Shown here in pieces: positions 7,690-11,237 of a stretch of 11,237 nt of DNA. Made by a program: the position numbers and the translations under genes. The notes under the pieces were generated by a model, which searched no databases, was not told the DNA's origin, and saw nothing but the letters and a program-made list of their open reading frames with translations. Source of the DNA: Planctomycetota bacterium (GTDB lineage Bacteria; Planctomycetota; GCA-002687715; DRQF01); the NCBI GenBank assembly GCA_027001995.1, contig JALTLO010000026.1:15010-26246 (forward strand), in the 5' to 3' direction. Every line of letters begins with the position of its first letter. The first letter of the stretch is position 1.

Positions 7690-8694
7690 TCAGCGGCGCC
7701 TTTTCTTGGGAGGTTTCATCCCAGACTTACCTTGATTCTTGATGCAGTACTTCGTCCACTCCTCGTGGAACCGTGGCAAAGACCAACCAAGCAATTCACG
7801 CATGGTATCAGGCGTACTCTTTCCGGCGGCCAAATCGTTTGCGAAGTCATGTCTCTTCTTCGGATGGGTAACAATAATAAAATCGACCATGGACCATGAA
7901 AAAGCTGACAACATTGGATTCAGTTTCTTGACGCTACGGTTGCCAAAGGTGGTGAGCTTGGGGGCTTTGCCTTTGCGCGCCATGGCATAGACTTTCTTCG
8001 GCCATTTTCCCATTTGCCAACGGTCCTTCTTGGTGGCGACCTCTCCGCTGGTGAAGTTACGTGTTTCGCCAAACTTCTGAATCTCAAGCCAGTGGGCCAC
8101 ACCGGCGGTAAACCATCCTGCAGGCTCGCCTTTGCCGTAGTTGAATCCCTGTTGGGTAATGAGGTGGGAGACATGGTGATAGACATTGGCGTGAAGGGCA
8201 TCATCATTATTCAGCGCCTTCTTATCCATGCCAATAATGTAGTGCGGGTCTGTAGAAGAAAACAGTTTATCCCCGCCGCTGGAAAGGGTGGCCCGAACGC
8301 GCTGGCTATCTCTTTCTTTGGCGAGCATCCAAACGGTGAAATGCCCAGATTGGGGGTACTGATAGGGTTCACCAAAAATTGCTTCCCAGTCGCGCAGAAG
8401 TTCTTCCAGTCTGCGGCTATAAAGCAAGGCCGCATCCTTTCGTTTGAAGATGCGCTGCCCAACTTTTACTTTCGGAATATCGAAGTGTAAGAAGAAGTTA
8501 TTGGTCCGAACATGAACAGCCTTGGGCACCTTCAAGTCGCGGTTCCATGCGCGGGTCTCGTCGTCCACTACGAACTGGGCATTGTTCTTCTTATCCCATT
8601 TTTTCTCTTCTGCCCTCTCCTTCGCTTTTTGGGCCTCCGCCGATGTGGCAAAGAGAAGTAGCAGTAGGACAGCAACAATTGATCTATTCATCAT
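7690..8694 (-). CDS. Secreted hypothetical protein with degenerate gluzincin-like (peptidase clan MA / DUF1570-like) motifs
   Basis: The ORF track starts at 8724; ATG 8694/8691 is preferred (AGGAG at 8702-8698; MMNRSIVAVLLLLLFATSAEA-Q signal peptide); ATG 8715 is an alternative. Contains VRTNNFFLHFD, YHHVSHLI...PAGWFTAGVAHWLE and AFSWSMVDFI, matching the layout HExxH...WxxEGxA...SWxxVxF. Confidence 0.7.
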   Translation of the reverse strand: MMNRSIVAVLLLLLFATSAEAQKAKERAEEKKWDKKNNAQFVVDDETRAWNRDLKVPKAVHVRTNNFFLHFDIPKVKVGQRIFKRKDAALLYSRRLEELLRDWEAIFGEPYQYPQSGHFTVWMLAKERDSQRVRATLSSGGDKLFSSTDPHYIIGMDKKALNNDDALHANVYHHVSHLITQQGFNYGKGEPAGWFTAGVAHWLEIQKFGETRNFTSGEVATKKDRWQMGKWPKKVYAMARKGKAPKLTTFGNRSVKKLNPMLSAFSWSMVDFIIVTHPKKRHDFANDLAAGKSTPDTMRELLGWSLPRFHEEWTKYCIKNQGKSGMKPPKKRRR

Positions 8695-8722
8695 TTTCTC
8701 CTGGTCCATGACCATAGCCCCC

Positions 8723-8751
8723 ATTATTCACAACGTCGAGCCAAGTGTCAT
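8723..8751 (-). promoter_or_regulatory. Putative sigma70-type promoter ATGACA-N17-AATAAT
   Basis: Minus strand ATGACA (8751-8746), 17-nt spacer, AATAAT (8728-8723); each hexamer is 5/6 to consensus. The -10 overlaps the ORF-track ATG at 8724. Confidence 0.5.
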
Positions 8752-8949
8752 GAATAAACCACTTCTCAAGGAAAAGACCCGCAAAGAAAGCTCAGAACAA
8801 CAATTCTTAAGAATTCGCTCAAAACACAACACGGCCAGGGGTGGCCGCGAGACCACGAATGATTCGGGTAAATGTCGCGCCCATCAAGAAGTCAGAATCT
8901 AAGCAACAAGAACGCGACCACCACCAGAAAACCGAGGTACTATTACGTG

Positions 8950-8978
8950 TTGCTCCAACTTAGAGAATGGTCTAAGGT
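8950..8978 (+). promoter_or_regulatory. Putative sigma70-type promoter TTGCTC-N17-TAAGGT for the heme protein gene
   Basis: TTGCTC 8950-8955, 17-nt spacer, TAAGGT 8973-8978. Same -35 hexamer as at 2256-2251. SD-like AGGT at 9014-9017 precedes ATG 9026. Confidence 0.45.
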
Positions 8979-9025
8979 TGGGGAGCGCCCGTTTTGATCG
9001 CGCCCCAACTTACAGGTCAAAACCC

Positions 9026-11237
9026 ATGATTCGCCAATTCTTCTGGGCCCTCGTTCTCTACGTCCTTCCCGTTGTCCTCTTGGCCCAAAACGGACCCCCT
9101 CAATTGACGCCAGCCCAAGCTGGTATCAACTATCCCATCATTGCTTGCCGGATGCCAACAGCAAACAACACCGGCCGCAACGTGTTTCCGGACACGGCCA
9201 ATTTCTCGCTCTACATCGGTCGTGGTACCCAACTCATCCGCCTCAATCCTAATGGAAGTGTTCAAGTTCTGTTCGATCCAGGCCCCTTAGGTGCCTGCGC
9301 TGATCCTGTTCTTTCCTTCGATGGTGGAACCGTGTGGTTCACCGTCTTTGTCGATCCTCAGGACATCAATACCCAACGCGGGGTAAGCCGCAGTCCCGCC
9401 CACATTTGGCGCCTCAATCTGCGAACGCTCCAAGCAACCCAGGTCACTTTTGGGGTGGAACCGCTTTGGACGGACACGACTCACGGTATTGATGCCCAAT
9501 ACGCCCAGTTTGATGTAGCACCAACGCCCTTACCGGATGGCCGTATCCTTTTCCTGTCCAACCGCGAAGCCACCATCTCGAGTGTGAACAGCGTCGGAAA
9601 GGGGCTACCCGCCATGAAATTCTGGCGCATGGACGCTGATGGATCCAATTTAGAACTCATGGAACGATTTACCCAAGGAACATGCCAACATCCTTTCATA
9701 TTGGCAGATGGGCGTATCGTCTGGACTCATTTCCATCCAGCGGGAAATCGTAGTCGTTTCGGCGGCAATCACATTCTCATGGTTGCCAACCAAGATTTGT
9801 CAGACGCTACCATTTTCGCTGGCGATCACGCCCGGGGTACAAGTTGGCACTTTGCCACCCAACTCTCTGGCGGTGATATCGTGACCACCGTCTACTACCA
9901 CTTCAACAACTTCGGCCACGGTACTTTGGTACGTTTCCCTGTTGATCCAGGACATAGTAGTGGCCAAGTCTTTGGCCCCTTATCCTCGTCAACGGCAAGC
10001 TACCAAATCAACGGGGTGACAGACCATTTTCCTCGAGTAGGCCAAACATTAGCAACCCCATGGTCGCTTCAGCCCACGACACCTTCACTTTCCTACGACA
10101 AGTCTTCCGTGATCCTCCCGGATGGGACCCGCGCCGGAAAAAGCACAATGCCCTCGGCGGCTCCCAACGGTGACATGCTCATGGTCTGGAGCAACGGAAA
10201 CGTCAATGCTCTCAACCGCCCCACTCCTGAAGAGCCCCATATGAAAATCGTCCTGGCCCCCGGGGGCAATCTTGCTCAAAGAGATGACATGATTATCCTC
10301 TTAGAAGACCCTGCATGGCAATATATGTATCCTCGCCCCGAAGTGCCCTACGCTGCAGTCCACGGAATCCCCCAACCACCCATCCGCATGGGGAGCCCCA
10401 ACGACGGCAGTGAAATCCCCTCCGTCCTACCAGCGAATAGTTGCTTTGCCACCACTGGCACATCTTCCGTCTACAACCGTGAATCAGAGTGGCCCATTAC
10501 TTTCAACGATGACTGGGACGTCAACTTAGTCAACAACTTTCGCCAGCAAACAGCTCGCTTCACGGTTGGTCAAGACACCAAACCCTTCAACAACGCAGAC
10601 ATTCACGCCGCCCAAATCGTCGTCGATATGACAACCCAAGATTTACGCTACATCCCCGGCATGTGCTGCGATCTTGGTTTTCGTTCTCACACCAATGGGC
10701 GCCAAGTTTGGGGGATTCTGGGGGAAATCCCGTTGCGGAAATTCGACAGCCAAGGGCAAGAAATTCTCGACCCTCAAGGGAACCCGGACACCTCCTACGA
10801 AGTCCGCATCCCAGCCTTGACACCTTACCATCACCGAATTCTCGATCAGAACGGCTTGACGCTCAGCAGCGAAATGACTTGGCACTCCTCCCGCCCGGGA
10901 GAACGCAAGATCAACTGTGGAGGTTGTCACGCCCACTCCACCGACAAAGATCCTTTGCCTTTCGCACTCACGGACGCCGCCAACCCCAACTATCAAATCG
11001 AAGACTTCGCACTTCAAACACCGATGATAGACAAAGACTCCAGTGGCAACTCAACAGTCACCATCATGCCAGAGAAAGTGCGCGTTGTAGAATATCATCG
11101 GGATGTGCGTCCAATTTTTCAGGCCAAATGCATCAGCTGTCACGGAGATCAAAACCCGGCCGCAAACCTAGACCTGCAAGGGGATGATGCAGCAGATGCC
11201 TTAGCATTCGACGACCCCACGCTTTTTGGTGGTCATC
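9026..11237 (+). CDS. Secreted hydrazine synthase alpha subunit (HzsA)-related beta-propeller / c-type cytochrome protein, 3'-truncated (737 codons seen)
   Basis: Not in the ORF track; translated by hand with no stop from ATG 9026 to the window end. Signal peptide MIRQFFWALVLYVLPVVLLA-Q; propeller blades (ADPVLSFDGGTVWF, FDVAPTPLPDGRILFLSNR, FWRMDADGSNLE, HPFILADGRIVWT); HZS-alpha-like middle region (ILGEIPLRK...DPQGNPDTSYEVRIPALTPYHHRILDQNGLTLSSEMTWHSSRPGERKINCGGCH); CGGCH at 10916-10930; second heme domain VEYHRDVRPIFQAKCISCH (CISCH at 11129-11143) followed by PAANLDL. Confidence 0.85.
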   Translation, partial: MIRQFFWALVLYVLPVVLLAQNGPPQLTPAQAGINYPIIACRMPTANNTGRNVFPDTANFSLYIGRGTQLIRLNPNGSVQVLFDPGPLGACADPVLSFDGGTVWFTVFVDPQDINTQRGVSRSPAHIWRLNLRTLQATQVTFGVEPLWTDTTHGIDAQYAQFDVAPTPLPDGRILFLSNREATISSVNSVGKGLPAMKFWRMDADGSNLELMERFTQGTCQHPFILADGRIVWTHFHPAGNRSRFGGNHILMVANQDLSDATIFAGDHARGTSWHFATQLSGGDIVTTVYYHFNNFGHGTLVRFPVDPGHSSGQVFGPLSSSTASYQINGVTDHFPRVGQTLATPWSLQPTTPSLSYDKSSVILPDGTRAGKSTMPSAAPNGDMLMVWSNGNVNALNRPTPEEPHMKIVLAPGGNLAQRDDMIILLEDPAWQYMYPRPEVPYAAVHGIPQPPIRMGSPNDGSEIPSVLPANSCFATTGTSSVYNRESEWPITFNDDWDVNLVNNFRQQTARFTVGQDTKPFNNADIHAAQIVVDMTTQDLRYIPGMCCDLGFRSHTNGRQVWGILGEIPLRKFDSQGQEILDPQGNPDTSYEVRIPALTPYHHRILDQNGLTLSSEMTWHSSRPGERKINCGGCHAHSTDKDPLPFALTDAANPNYQIEDFALQTPMIDKDSSGNSTVTIMPEKVRVVEYHRDVRPIFQAKCISCHGDQNPAANLDLQGDDAADALAFDDPTLFGGH

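Noticed and set aside
8692..8724. ORF-track start at 8724 (and similarly 4222 for the protease)
   Set aside because: Both ATGs overlap putative -10 boxes, and downstream ATGs have SD-like sequences and give normal-length signal peptides.
530..8902. Other short antisense or alternate-frame ORFs (e.g. 1304..1927+, 3128..3409+, 5826..6107-, 7144..7617-, 8014..8490+, 8522..8902+)
   Set aside because: They overlap well-supported genes. The resemblance between 1304..1927 and 3128..3409 just mirrors the paralogy on the other strand, and the hydrophobic 5826..6111 ORFs mirror the Lys-rich codons.
8975..9011. Imperfect inverted repeat (AGGTTGGGGAGCG...CGCGCCCCAACTT) as terminator or riboswitch
   Set aside because: No U-tract, lies in a divergent intergenic region, its left arm overlaps the putative -10 box, and it resembles no RNA family I recognise. 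An operator role cannot be excluded.
9017..11187. ORF-track ORFs in this region, e.g. 10663..11187(+), 10643..11017(-), 9017..9265(-)
   Set aside because: All overlap the long uninterrupted frame from 9026 that carries recognisable motifs; they show no protein-like features.
9026..11237. Calling the gene hzsA or inferring anammox metabolism
   Set aside because: No hzsB/hzsC upstream, no Tyr four residues after the first CxxCH His, and only architecture-level similarity; no gene symbol assigned.
1..11237. CRISPR array, IS element, tRNA/rRNA or tandem DNA repeats
   Set aside because: None seen; the intergenic gaps are short (about 90-330 nt) and the only long repeat is the diverged gene duplication.

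Overview
Bacterial genomic window with six protein-coding genes, all apparently encoding exported proteins. There is no rRNA, tRNA, mobile element or CRISPR array. The gene content is reminiscent of Planctomycetota/Acidobacteriota-type genomes (inference only). Minus strand, left part: two tandem paralogous CRTAC1/ASPIC-UnbV (FG-GAP Ca-binding beta-propeller) lipoproteins, then a translationally coupled TPR lipoprotein that runs off the left edge and is missing from the ORF track. Divergent from these is a secreted tricorn-like S41 protease. It converges, across a bidirectional terminator, on a secreted protein with a degenerate gluzincin-like metallopeptidase motif (HHxxH...WxxAG). At the right is a >737-aa ORF also missing from the ORF track (9026 to window end). 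It has a signal peptide, a beta-propeller, a hydrazine-synthase-alpha-like middle region and two CxxCH heme c motifs. Highlights: (1) this stand-alone HzsA-like heme protein with no hzsB/C upstream; (2) identical TTGCnn-N17-TAnnCT-N6-ATG promoter geometry, suggesting leaderless mRNAs for both CRTAC1 paralogs; (3) the probable pseudo-metallopeptidase; (4) Gln at +1 after all three predicted SPase I sites. All family calls come from reading motifs by eye, not from database searches.
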